From contig JBEQBC010000001.1 in the NCBI GenBank assembly GCA_041640035.1, positions 192,001 to 256,000 of the forward strand: DNA of 64,000 nucleotides, in the 5' to 3' direction. Every line of letters begins with the position of its first letter. Position 1 is the first letter of the stretch. The notes under the pieces were generated by a model. That model ran no database searches. It worked only from the letters and a program-made list of their open reading frames with translations, and was not told the DNA's origin. The translations under genes and the position numbers were made by a program. Below are positions 20,002-29,114 of this stretch, piece by piece. The stretch comes from Candidatus Nanohaloarchaea archaeon. GTDB lineage: Archaea > Nanohalarchaeota > Nanosalinia > Nanosalinales > Nanosalinaceae.

Positions 20002-21449
20002 TGTAACTCCCTCTCTGCATCGTATGCCGTCAGGTTTCTAGTCATGTAAGCTACCTGTCCGGCATCATCCAAGGCGTTTTCAAGCTCGGATAAAGCTACT
20101 TCTCTACCTGCTACTTCTTCGAATAGTTCCTGGTTACGGTCGTAGAACTGTTCTAGGCTTTCTACATCGAACTTCTCCGATCCACGGTTCACATTCAGGT
20201 TGTCATCGTCGTCTGAAACTCTCGCAATATATGAAGCAGTGTCTGGTTCTCCGTTGGATACTATCAGTGGTACGAAGTCGATTGGACCGCCGTCAGCTTC
20301 AACTATGTGGTATTTATCGCCGTCCATCTCTGTGGTTCCTGCAGCAGCTTGCTCCATTACTGCGTAATCCGTATCTCCACGGCTATAGAATCCCTCTTCT
20401 CCTACCAGGTCTATATCTCCTCTGTTTGATTTCTCTGAGACTCTGGCGGACTCACTGTCAATCATCACATCCACATAGTCCTGGATATTATCTGAAGCGT
20501 TTTGCCCGTCAAGAAGCGCTCTCCCGCTGTATTCTCCTTTCACGAACTGTCTCTGCACTGCGGTCTGAAAATCTTCGTAGTCGAATACGACGATGCTGTC
20601 TCCCCAGCTACCCATTGGATCAGTCTTCAGTACAACTGATTCTCCATCCTGGAAACTGTCCTGAACCATCTCGTAGATCTCTTCTCTGCTCTCCACTGTC
20701 TGTGCATCTACTGCCTGCGCCTGATCGAACCCCTGCACCACGGAGTTGGCTTTATCCATCAACGCGGGTTTCTGTGTCTCTTCAAGTCCGGAGTTCCATA
20801 CTGCTGTAGGAGCATTCACGATATTTCCTAATGCAGCCGGCTCAGAGATTCTTTCTGTAAGGTTTTCTCCTCGATCACTCAGATTGATACATCCATCAAC
20901 GGTTCTACCATCATACACAATCTCGCCCTCTATATCTTCGATGTTCCGTCCGCCGTATGTCAGATGAACAGTTTCTACACCTTCTGCATCAGGAATACCT
21001 GAGAGACCAGAGCTTCCATATTCGGCTCCTTTTGCAAGATTCAGTTTCTCCTCTATCAGCCATTCCTCGCTCAATCCAAGTTCTCTTATCTGACTGCTGA
21101 AACCGTCATCTTGAGGATCAGGTAGTTCCTCTGCTGTAACGAGGCCTTCATCGCCGGTGAAAGCGTATTCGGGCAGGTTTACAACTATCTCGCCGTTGAC
21201 CTGTTCAGTCAGTGCTTCTGCCACCTGGCCTGTGATATCCTCTTCTTGAAGGCTGCTGTGCTTCATCAGTCCTTCGGGGAACGCGTTGATATCTCCGACT
21301 ATGACGGCTTCGTATTGGTCCCTGTCCTCGTTGTATGCCAGTTTGGTGTCAGCGCTTGTCAGCGCCGAAGCCTCCAGATTTTCTGTTCTGGTTTCTGGTG
21401 CGTCCGGTTCCAGAGCTTCTTCAACGCCTTTCAGTTTTCCGGCGCTCAT
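19998..21449 (-). CDS. Divergent RimK-like ATP-grasp protein
   Basis: VVLKTDPMGSWGDSI, AVMEQ, YIARV...NVNRG; the terminal ExN motif is not evident. Confidence 0.55.
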   Translation of the reverse strand: MSAGKLKGVEEALEPDAPETRTENLEASALTSADTKLAYNEDRDQYEAVIVGDINAFPEGLMKHSSLQEEDITGQVAEALTEQVNGEIVVNLPEYAFTGDEGLVTAEELPDPQDDGFSSQIRELGLSEEWLIEEKLNLAKGAEYGSSGLSGIPDAEGVETVHLTYGGRNIEDIEGEIVYDGRTVDGCINLSDRGENLTERISEPAALGNIVNAPTAVWNSGLEETQKPALMDKANSVVQGFDQAQAVDAQTVESREEIYEMVQDSFQDGESVVLKTDPMGSWGDSIVVFDYEDFQTAVQRQFVKGEYSGRALLDGQNASDNIQDYVDVMIDSESARVSEKSNRGDIDLVGEEGFYSRGDTDYAVMEQAAAGTTEMDGDKYHIVEADGGPIDFVPLIVSNGEPDTASYIARVSDDDDNLNVNRGSEKFDVESLEQFYDRNQELFEEVAGREVALSELENALDDAGQVAYMTRNLTAYDAERELQ

Positions 21450-21580
21450 AGAGCTCTGTACCTGCCTTTGTTTCCGTTAGAAGGTTTTGAATTGCGGCGT
21501 TGGGTTGCGTTTGCGTAGTTCTGTTTAATTGTTTGATCACCTTGTAGAAGTACGAGTAAGTCTATATTCGGAGACTTACT

Positions 21581-21658
21581 CTATTTCATAAACTCAAAGA
21601 AAAAGCTGAAGCTGCCACTAAAGTTCTGAATGTCAGATTCTTGGCAGCCTGTAGACAT
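21581..21658 (-). CDS. Putative leader/precursor peptide MSTGCQESDIQNFSGSFSFFFEFMK
   Basis: GGCTGCCA/TGGCAGCT stem; six Phe codons; 10-bp hairpin GAGTAAGTCT/AGACTTACTC at the stop. Confidence 0.55.
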   Translation of the reverse strand: MSTGCQESDIQNFSGSFSFFFEFMK

Positions 21659-21770
21659 ACTCCAAAATAGTGGTGTCTGTTCTTTAATAATTTACCCTGC
21701 GTAGAAAGTTCTCATCTATGCCGTGCAGAAGGGAAATAAAAGGGAGAGAAAGAGATGTGGAGAGTACTTT

Positions 21771-22877
21771 TTATACATTCGCGTCCTTGAGATCTGGTTT
21801 CTCGTCGATACGCGGTATATCAAGTGAGCTCTTGATCTTTCTGAACTTCTGGTGGTCGTTGCTTTCCAGAAGTGTGATTGCTTCTCCTTCTCGTCCCTGT
21901 CTTCCGGCTCGACCGATTCTATGTGTGTATGTGTCGGCTGTATCCGGTACATCGTAGTTGAATACATGTGTTACTCGGTCTACATCGATTCCTCTTGCTG
22001 CTACATCTGTTGCCACGATTACTTTGATATCGCCGTTTTCGAACTTCTCCAGTGTATCTTCTCTCTGGTTCTGGCTCATGTCGCCGTTCAGTTCCTGTGC
22101 ATCGATACTGTTTTTCCTTAGTTTGTCGGCCAACCATCGTGTAGTGTTCTTGGTCTGGCAGAAAACTATTGCGAGATCTCTGTCCTTCTCTTCGAGGAAG
22201 GTGTAGAGGTAGGAGAGCTTGTTATTGTTCTTCACATTAACATACTTCTCCTCAAGCTCTGCGGTGTGCTCTCCAGGTTCAATCCTGATGATCTCCGGAT
22301 CGATATCGTAACGGTCGCACATCTTCGTCAAAGCCTTCGGAATCGTTGCTCCGAACAAGAGATTCTGTCTTTCTTCCGGCAGGAAGCTGATGATTGATTC
22401 CAGTTCGTCCTGGAATCCCATGTCGAGCATCCGGTCTGCTTCGTCAAGTACAAAGTACTCTAGGTTTTCTACATCGATCTTTCCTTTCTGCAGAAGGTCG
22501 AGTACCCGTCCTGGTGTTCCGACTACGATGTTTGCGGTCTTTGCGCCTTCGATCTGTGGTTCATATGAAACTCCTCCGTAGATTGTTACTGCGTCAATCT
22601 GTGAGGATGCCATTTCGATCTCTGCTGTGATCTGTTTGGCTAGTTCTCTTGTTGGTGAGAGGACGAGTGCTTTGGTTTCGTCGCCTTCCAGTTGTTCGAT
22701 TATTGGTAGTGAGAAGGCTAGTGTTTTTCCTGATCCGGTCTCTGATTCGACCAGCAGGTCTTTGCCTTCGAAAACTTTTGGTATTGCTTTTTCCTGTACT
22801 TCTGTAGCTTCTGTGATGCCTTCTTTTTCAAGTCGCTGAACGGTGTGTTGTGAAATATCTAGTTCTGAGAAATTCAT
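21771..22877 (-). CDS. DEAD-box RNA helicase
   Basis: ETGSGKT, PTRELA, TPGR, LDEAD, ARGID, HRIGRAGR. Confidence 0.95.
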   Translation of the reverse strand: MNFSELDISQHTVQRLEKEGITEATEVQEKAIPKVFEGKDLLVESETGSGKTLAFSLPIIEQLEGDETKALVLSPTRELAKQITAEIEMASSQIDAVTIYGGVSYEPQIEGAKTANIVVGTPGRVLDLLQKGKIDVENLEYFVLDEADRMLDMGFQDELESIISFLPEERQNLLFGATIPKALTKMCDRYDIDPEIIRIEPGEHTAELEEKYVNVKNNNKLSYLYTFLEEKDRDLAIVFCQTKNTTRWLADKLRKNSIDAQELNGDMSQNQREDTLEKFENGDIKVIVATDVAARGIDVDRVTHVFNYDVPDTADTYTHRIGRAGRQGREGEAITLLESNDHQKFRKIKSSLDIPRIDEKPDLKDANV

Positions 22878-22966
22878 GCTGTAATTCAAACTCGTTATAA
22901 AAAGAATATGGTGGGGGAAGGCTTTTAGAACTGACCGCAGATAGAAATCGTTTCTGATTCTGGGAA

Positions 22967-24088
22967 CTAGCTGTTTTTAACGGCCAGACGCTTGCTTATC
23001 CCGTAATAAGCGTTTCTCAATTTCTTCAGGGTCTCTACCTCACACATCTCGTTCTCCCCATGAACTGTTTTTTGATTGGTTCCCAGTTCTATGAACGGAG
23101 TATCCTTTTCTGCGAAGAATCTTCCGTCGCTGGCTCCTCCGTCAGTAATCTCATCAGGACGGTTTTCACGAACTTCCTTCAATGTTTCTATAGATGCCTC
23201 TCTGAAATCAGGGTCCTGAAGCTCGAAAGCACCGCCGTGATCCTGTTCGACTTCTACTCTGAAACCGCACTCTATTCCTTCTAAAGCGTTTTCAACATCT
23301 TCCACGATTTGTTCGATGCTCTGGGATGGCAGGTACCGTATATCCATTCCGATCTCCAGTTCTCCAGGAACGCTGTTATAGGTCTGAGTTGTTTCTATCC
23401 GTGTTACTTCCTTGCTTGGGTCCGGTAGAGTACCTTTATTCTCGAATGTAAGCTCCATATTGTTTAAACGATCCAGTACCTCTGGTAGCTCCTCCATAAG
23501 ATGGATTTCCGCCAGATTTGCTCTACTGGCATGTATTCCCTCTCCTTCTAGCTGGATGTTCAGCCAGACCACTCCGCGTGTACCGACCTGTACATTCATA
23601 TCGGTGGCTTCACCGACAATCGCATAGTCGAAGCCGTCTCCTTCACTGTAGTATTCATCTACAAGTGGTTGAGAGCCTTTGAAACCACCGATTTCTTCGT
23701 CTCCAACAGCCATGAGAACTGCTCTTCCGTTGAACTCACTGTCCCTGTGGAGGTCGATAAATGCTTTGACCTGTGCTGCGAGTGCTGCTTTCATGTCGGC
23801 TGCGCCTCTTCCGTACAGTTTTCCGTCCTCGATTACAGGGTCAAAAGGTTCTGTGACGCTCCATTGACCTTCTGGTTCTACTACATCAAGGTGTCCGTTG
23901 AGGCAGATGCTTGGTCCTTCGTCTCCTGTCTCTGCTGTCAGGTTGTATACTCCGTCGATTTCGTGTATCTCTGCCTGTATGCCGTGTTCTTCTAGCAGTC
24001 CTTTCAGGTACTGGAATATTTCAGGGTTTTCAACCGGTGAAACGGTTTCGTACTTCATAAGTTCCATTGCTATTTCTTCTGTCTTCAT
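22967..24088 (-). CDS. M20 family (DapE/ArgE-like) metallohydrolase
   Basis: NGHLDVV, GRGAADMK, DEEIGG, GGASDGRF. Confidence 0.9.
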   Translation of the reverse strand: MKTEEIAMELMKYETVSPVENPEIFQYLKGLLEEHGIQAEIHEIDGVYNLTAETGDEGPSICLNGHLDVVEPEGQWSVTEPFDPVIEDGKLYGRGAADMKAALAAQVKAFIDLHRDSEFNGRAVLMAVGDEEIGGFKGSQPLVDEYYSEGDGFDYAIVGEATDMNVQVGTRGVVWLNIQLEGEGIHASRANLAEIHLMEELPEVLDRLNNMELTFENKGTLPDPSKEVTRIETTQTYNSVPGELEIGMDIRYLPSQSIEQIVEDVENALEGIECGFRVEVEQDHGGAFELQDPDFREASIETLKEVRENRPDEITDGGASDGRFFAEKDTPFIELGTNQKTVHGENEMCEVETLKKLRNAYYGISKRLAVKNS

Positions 24089-24090
24089 CC

Positions 24091-25992
24091 TTAGTCTGCA
24101 CCTACTGAATTTGTGCGTTTGTTGTCTTCGAATCCTGCATGTGGATTTGTTGATGTGGCTTGTTTTTCAATTTTCTCTGCCTCAGTTCCTTCATCAACAT
24201 AGTTAAGCATCTCTTCACGGTATGTATCGGTAAACCAGTCAACAAACTGGCTGTATTCATCTTCAAATTCGTCAACACTGTATGTGCCGGGTTCAAGATC
24301 TTTTTCATCGTACAGCTGAGCGGTGTAATCCGCAAAATCGGATAAATCATCGAACTGGCTATCCAAGTATCCTTCAAAGCTGTCATAATGATCTAGATCG
24401 TCAAGAACAAGTTCAGCAGAGAAAGGAAGTTCGCCGCTGAAAGATTCTCTGACTCCCTCCGCAAGAATATCCACAAGCTCGTTCTCATAAACTGCGTCTA
24501 GATCAGCACCACTTGGAAGCTCTGCATCAAGCCCGTTTCTCTTCGCGTCTTCACGGAACTCCAACGCGTTTTCTGTCTCCAAGCCGTGTTCATGGAATAG
24601 TTCCTGAACCTGATCGTAGACATTTATCAGGCTTTTCTGGGTTAGAAGCGCTTCATGGCTTCTCGGACTGTTGCTGAATGAACGGAACTCGATTATCCCA
24701 TCGTTCTTCGGAGCGATATCAGGTCTGACAAAGGTATTATGGTATGTAAAGTATCCTGCCTCATCTTCAGTTCCAAGGCCTGCTACTTCCAGGAATTCTT
24801 CGGTTGAGAGATCTGAGTGATCGACCTTGACAGGTTTCATCACTTCTTCGCCGTCTTCCTCTACCAGTATCTCTCCAAGGTACTGCTGATCCTCAGCGAA
24901 CTGTTCGAAGGTGACTACTGACTCCTCTATTCCGGAGAGCCCAGGCATCACCCAGGTTGATTCCATTCCGTACTCTTCATCTACAGTTCCCTCTGGCTGG
25001 TGTGTTTCTTCATCCAGAACCTGTATCTCTGATCCGTCAACTTCGGGAGAGAGGATCATCGGCCGTTCCATAACCATCTCTATATAGTCCTCGTGGTCTT
25101 CTACATCGGATAGATCCTCTATATTTCCGTAGTTCTCGTTGGTAGGTAGTGCTTCGTCAAGTACATCGCCCCAGCGCTCTGTTCCGTTCCGCAGAGCTGC
25201 TGGAGAATTGGAGACAAACAGGTCATATATCAGGTCTCTTCCGCCTTCAGCAACTGCCTCATACAGTCCGTCTTCGTCCTCTTCTAGTACAGGGTCGTTG
25301 GAGAATAGTGTGTCTACCCCGGGTATTACATCGAGCATTCCTGGTTTTTCTCCGCCGTTAAAGAAGCTGTGGAAGAATTCCTCTATCTCCTGCTCTTCTC
25401 CTACAGGTGTACCAGTGTTGAGCTGTGTTGCTGCAGGCCAGCCCATAGCATCGAACAGTTCTCCGTGTCTGCTTCTCAAGCCGGTGTAACGCGGCTTTGG
25501 TCTTCTGTTCCTGTCAGCTTCACCTTCAGTGGCGAACTCCCTCATCAGACCGTTTTCGTATGCTTCATGTCCTTCTGGCAGGTTCCGGTCCCTCATCTGT
25601 GAGAGGTGTTCCATCCGGAACATCATATCTGACGGGTTCTGGAATACTTCAGTTGCTATCTCGCTCTGAGCCGGGTGGTAGTCCGTATCGATTTCCGCTG
25701 AGAAATCTTTGTGTTCTTTGAAGTTATCGTCTTCTACGCTGACGCCGAGCATTTTTTTCTCTCCGTTGATTTCCTCAGTCTCAGGTTCGGCGTCTTCGTT
25801 TGCAATTAAGTTTTGGAACGCTTCTACTGCTTCTTCGTTGTCGATCAGTCCGTCTTCTTTTCTGATGATGTCTTCTTTTTCTGCTCCGACATTTGCTTGG
25901 CTGTTTTCTGTAAAGTTTTCATCCCAGAGTGTTCCCAGTGATTCTACTAACTGGTTCTGAGTACTTTTGCTTTTTTGCTGGCTTGCTGACAT
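24091..25992 (-). CDS. Divergent glutamate-cysteine-ligase-2 (carboxylate-amine ligase) fold protein
   Basis: VGAEKE, QSEIAT, ATQLNTG, VRPD...GIIEFR motifs. Confidence 0.6.
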   Translation of the reverse strand: MSASQQKSKSTQNQLVESLGTLWDENFTENSQANVGAEKEDIIRKEDGLIDNEEAVEAFQNLIANEDAEPETEEINGEKKMLGVSVEDDNFKEHKDFSAEIDTDYHPAQSEIATEVFQNPSDMMFRMEHLSQMRDRNLPEGHEAYENGLMREFATEGEADRNRRPKPRYTGLRSRHGELFDAMGWPAATQLNTGTPVGEEQEIEEFFHSFFNGGEKPGMLDVIPGVDTLFSNDPVLEEDEDGLYEAVAEGGRDLIYDLFVSNSPAALRNGTERWGDVLDEALPTNENYGNIEDLSDVEDHEDYIEMVMERPMILSPEVDGSEIQVLDEETHQPEGTVDEEYGMESTWVMPGLSGIEESVVTFEQFAEDQQYLGEILVEEDGEEVMKPVKVDHSDLSTEEFLEVAGLGTEDEAGYFTYHNTFVRPDIAPKNDGIIEFRSFSNSPRSHEALLTQKSLINVYDQVQELFHEHGLETENALEFREDAKRNGLDAELPSGADLDAVYENELVDILAEGVRESFSGELPFSAELVLDDLDHYDSFEGYLDSQFDDLSDFADYTAQLYDEKDLEPGTYSVDEFEDEYSQFVDWFTDTYREEMLNYVDEGTEAEKIEKQATSTNPHAGFEDNKRTNSVGAD

Positions 25993-26125
25993 TCTAGTTT
26001 GTTTCCACCTTGTTGTTGGTTGTGTTCTTGGTGGAATGCAGAAACAGAGACTGTTTATTTTACCAAACAGTTCTTCGAGGTCCCGTCCCCGTTTCTACAT
26101 TCCGATCTGTAGGGAAGGACCTCGG

Positions 26126-26218
26126 TCATACAATAATTGAGATAATAATGATAGCGATAAGGCTAACCAAACCTGCTGAACCAGTACTTTCTGTCTCTTG
26201 GTTAGCCGTTAAAGACAT
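26126..26218 (-). CDS. Putative leader/precursor peptide MSLTANQETESTGSAGLVSLIAIIIISIIV
   Basis: 10-bp GGCTAACCAA/TTGGTTAGCC stem; seven Ile codons; hairpins after the stop; alternative in-frame ATG at 26230. Confidence 0.55.
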   Translation of the reverse strand: MSLTANQETESTGSAGLVSLIAIIIISIIV

Positions 26219-26282
26219 GTTTACAAACATTCCTTGTTGCCAAACGGTTTTAAAGGTACTCTAGGCCCCGGATGGTTGTACC

Positions 26283-28013
26283 TCAAACTACTCTCGGACT
26301 AAGTTCCTCCTGAACTTCCGGCGAACCTGAAAGGCGTTCCTCTACATATTCTGCGAAGCCATCCGCGTACTCCGGAGCCATTGCTTCCGCAGTCGCCATC
26401 ACATCATCATCGTAGACCTCTCTGAATACTTCTCCCCAGACCTCTTCATCATCGTAGTCTGGAACTGTTTCGGGATTCGATGGGTCGATACCTTGCTGTT
26501 CCATTGCTTCACGGATCTTATCGCCGTGAGGCATTATCGCAGCTTTCGCGAGTGCTACGCTTGGTTCGTCTTCATAGTTCTGACGGGAGTTTCTGTACTC
26601 GAATCCTCCGGTCTGGAATTTGGGTCTTACATCGTGGTGTAGTCCGCCGATGTGTTGTTCCGAAAAGTTGCCCTTATGATACTCCTTGAGCTCGTCTTCG
26701 CTCATACCTGTTAGATCGACCGTTCCACGGACTCGTTTCAATCCGTCCTCTCCATCTGTGACTATCTTGGTGAAATCTACTTCGCCGTCCTCGATATACT
26801 CTCTCGGCGTCTTTGGATTTTCAGGATCGACTGTCAGCATAGCCACACTTTCATAGTCAAAGTCTTCAGGTACATCGTCCTTGAACTCGACATGTTCTCT
26901 GTCAGGTTTGGCTATCCAAGCCATGTGGTGGCCGGTCATGTACTCATCTACCATTCCTTGGAAGGCATCTCCGTCACTGTCCATAATCGAATCGATGACA
27001 TTCCATGGTGTACCGGTTCTATCAAGCGCTGCCTCATCTACATCGGCATCATCGAGGAAGTGCTGACCATATGCACTGTTCTCCCAGTAGTCCTGGTTAA
27101 CACCGGTTTCCGGCTGTCCCTCATCTTCCTCGCTGTAAACATTAGAGGTCAATACATCGAAAGCTCCTTCAAACACTATCCGGTAAGCCATCTCTTCAGA
27201 CATGCGTTCGTCTACATCGATTTCTCCGTCATCGCTCCAGAGACCGGATGTGAGCTGTGTGGATCCTCCGAACATGTTCTCCATTATCTGAGGTCCGAAG
27301 ATCGTACTGATGTAATCGGCACAGTACTCCACAGAGCTGAAATGATCGTAAAACTCCTCTGAGAACTCTACAGCTTCATCTCGTCCGTATTCGTCTCCTA
27401 AGCCACGCTTGACAACTTCACGGTCACCGATCTCGTCAGGTGTCCTCTCCGGTTCACGGAATTGACGGGTTAAACCTTGATCTGCGAATTCAAGGTCGGG
27501 GTGGTTCTCCTGTATGTATTTTCTCGTTCCTTCTCTCAGGCTTTTCAGTACATCAAGAAGTGTTCCGAAGTTTCCGGAGCCGTCTATCTGGAAGGCACCT
27601 GAGTCTATCTCGATCTGAGGTCCGATCTCCCAGTCTGCTGCTGGAGCACCGATAACCTGATCTGACTCCTGACTTTCTTCAACCTCTATCTCTGCTGGTC
27701 TATCCTCGAAATGACCTTTTTCCTTAACGCCCTTGAGTTCGAAGCTGAATTCTTCTCCGTAGCCGTCTACATTCTCTTCGAGTTCTTCCTCGATGCTCTC
27801 CCAAAGTCCTTCGCTGATTATATCCTGATAATCTGGGGCTAACGGCATAACACCGTCTTCTTCTCTGACTATCGGGTTCTCGCTCTCCACGCCCATGCCG
27901 GTTGGCCCGACATTTTCCTCATAGTTGTCCTTGAATTCCTCTGTGAACTCTTCTACGATTTCATCGTAGTCAAGTTCTGCGGCAGCGGTGGAGGTTTCGC
28001 CTGTTGCTGACAT
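26283..28013 (-). CDS. Divergent glutamate-cysteine-ligase-2 (carboxylate-amine ligase) fold protein
   Basis: MGVESE, PQIEIDS, STQLTSG, HDVRPK...GGFEYR motifs; SD GGAGGT. Confidence 0.65.
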   Translation of the reverse strand: MSATGETSTAAAELDYDEIVEEFTEEFKDNYEENVGPTGMGVESENPIVREEDGVMPLAPDYQDIISEGLWESIEEELEENVDGYGEEFSFELKGVKEKGHFEDRPAEIEVEESQESDQVIGAPAADWEIGPQIEIDSGAFQIDGSGNFGTLLDVLKSLREGTRKYIQENHPDLEFADQGLTRQFREPERTPDEIGDREVVKRGLGDEYGRDEAVEFSEEFYDHFSSVEYCADYISTIFGPQIMENMFGGSTQLTSGLWSDDGEIDVDERMSEEMAYRIVFEGAFDVLTSNVYSEEDEGQPETGVNQDYWENSAYGQHFLDDADVDEAALDRTGTPWNVIDSIMDSDGDAFQGMVDEYMTGHHMAWIAKPDREHVEFKDDVPEDFDYESVAMLTVDPENPKTPREYIEDGEVDFTKIVTDGEDGLKRVRGTVDLTGMSEDELKEYHKGNFSEQHIGGLHHDVRPKFQTGGFEYRNSRQNYEDEPSVALAKAAIMPHGDKIREAMEQQGIDPSNPETVPDYDDEEVWGEVFREVYDDDVMATAEAMAPEYADGFAEYVEERLSGSPEVQEELSPRVV

Positions 28014-28061
28014 CAGGAAGACCTCCGAGAAACAGTTGAATTATTGATTTTAGAAATAGTT

Positions 28062-28127
28062 TTAGAACTGTCCGTAGATGTGGATCTCGTCCTGCAGAAC
28101 GCGTCCACCTGTGATTGCTACTGACAT
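28062..28127 (-). CDS. Putative leader peptide MSVAITGGRVLQDEIHIYGQF
   Basis: Contains GGTGGACGCGTTC (28109-28097); ATG downstream of TTTAAA. Confidence 0.55.
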   Translation of the reverse strand: MSVAITGGRVLQDEIHIYGQF

Positions 28128-28333
28128 ACCATGCCTGTTAGTAACTTAACGGTTTTAAATGTTGTTCAGTTCCACATCTTTTCCAGAGAACCTGCGAGCC
28201 ATCTATATAAATCTAGGTCGAGTATACTTTGGTAGAGCGAGCACGGTCTGTCTAAGCGGATCGTTGTTAGAGAACTGCTCTGAATTTAAGTTTCTGATCT
28301 ATTATACAAACAAAAAATGGAGGATAAAGGATA

Positions 28334-28990
28334 ATGGTTGAACAGATGCAACACCGTCAGCAGAAGGAAATGGAAGAATTCGAAACCGGTACTACAACAC
28401 TAGGACTTACAACAGAAGAAGGAGTCATCCTGGCAGCAGACAAAAGAGCTGCACTGGGAGGACGACTGGTAAGCAACAAGCACGCCAAGAAAGTCTTTGA
28501 ACTGGATGACCAGCTAGGACTTACGATCGCAGGAAGCGTAGGAGACGCACAGAAGATTGTCCGCGTAATGAGAAGCCAGCTGAACCTGCACAAGCTAGAG
28601 ACCAAGGAGCTTTCGGTCAAAGGAGCAGGAACACTACTCTCTAACATCCTGCACGGCAACAAGATGATGCCGTTTATGAACCAGTTCATCCTTGGAGGAG
28701 TAAGAGAAGACGAAGGCGGAATTGTTTACAGCCTTGACCCTGCAGGAGGACTAATGGGACATGAAGACTACACAGCTACGGGTTCCGGAAGCCAGATGGC
28801 ATTCGGAGTACTCGAAGACAACTACGAACATGGTATGGATCACGAGGAAGCTAAGGAAGTAGCTGCCAACGCAATCGAGGCAGCGATGGAAAGAGATACA
28901 GCTTCCGGAAACGGTATCATGGTCGCTGAGATCACTGAGGACGGTTATGATGTAGTCAGTGATCAGGAAGTTGAATCCAAGCTGAAGTGA
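28334..28990 (+). CDS. psmB: Proteasome beta subunit
   Basis: Propeptide followed by TG/TTT; AGSVGDAQ, TGSGS, RDTASG. Confidence 0.95.
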   Translation: MVEQMQHRQQKEMEEFETGTTTLGLTTEEGVILAADKRAALGGRLVSNKHAKKVFELDDQLGLTIAGSVGDAQKIVRVMRSQLNLHKLETKELSVKGAGTLLSNILHGNKMMPFMNQFILGGVREDEGGIVYSLDPAGGLMGHEDYTATGSGSQMAFGVLEDNYEHGMDHEEAKEVAANAIEAAMERDTASGNGIMVAEITEDGYDVVSDQEVESKLK

Positions 28991-29114
28991 TTATATAAGA
29001 GTAGGCTTCGTTTACAGGTTTTACCGAAAAGGGGTTTTCTCCCTGTAAATTTTTGTTATACACGAAAAACCCTTTTCTCACGATTTACTCATTCAATAGA
29101 GGTTTACAGAATTT

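Noticed and set aside
24091-28990. True Pup-proteasome system (PafA/Dop/Pup)
   Set aside because: No small ORF ending in GGQ/GGE and no ARC ATPase here; the motifs fit the general GCS2 family.
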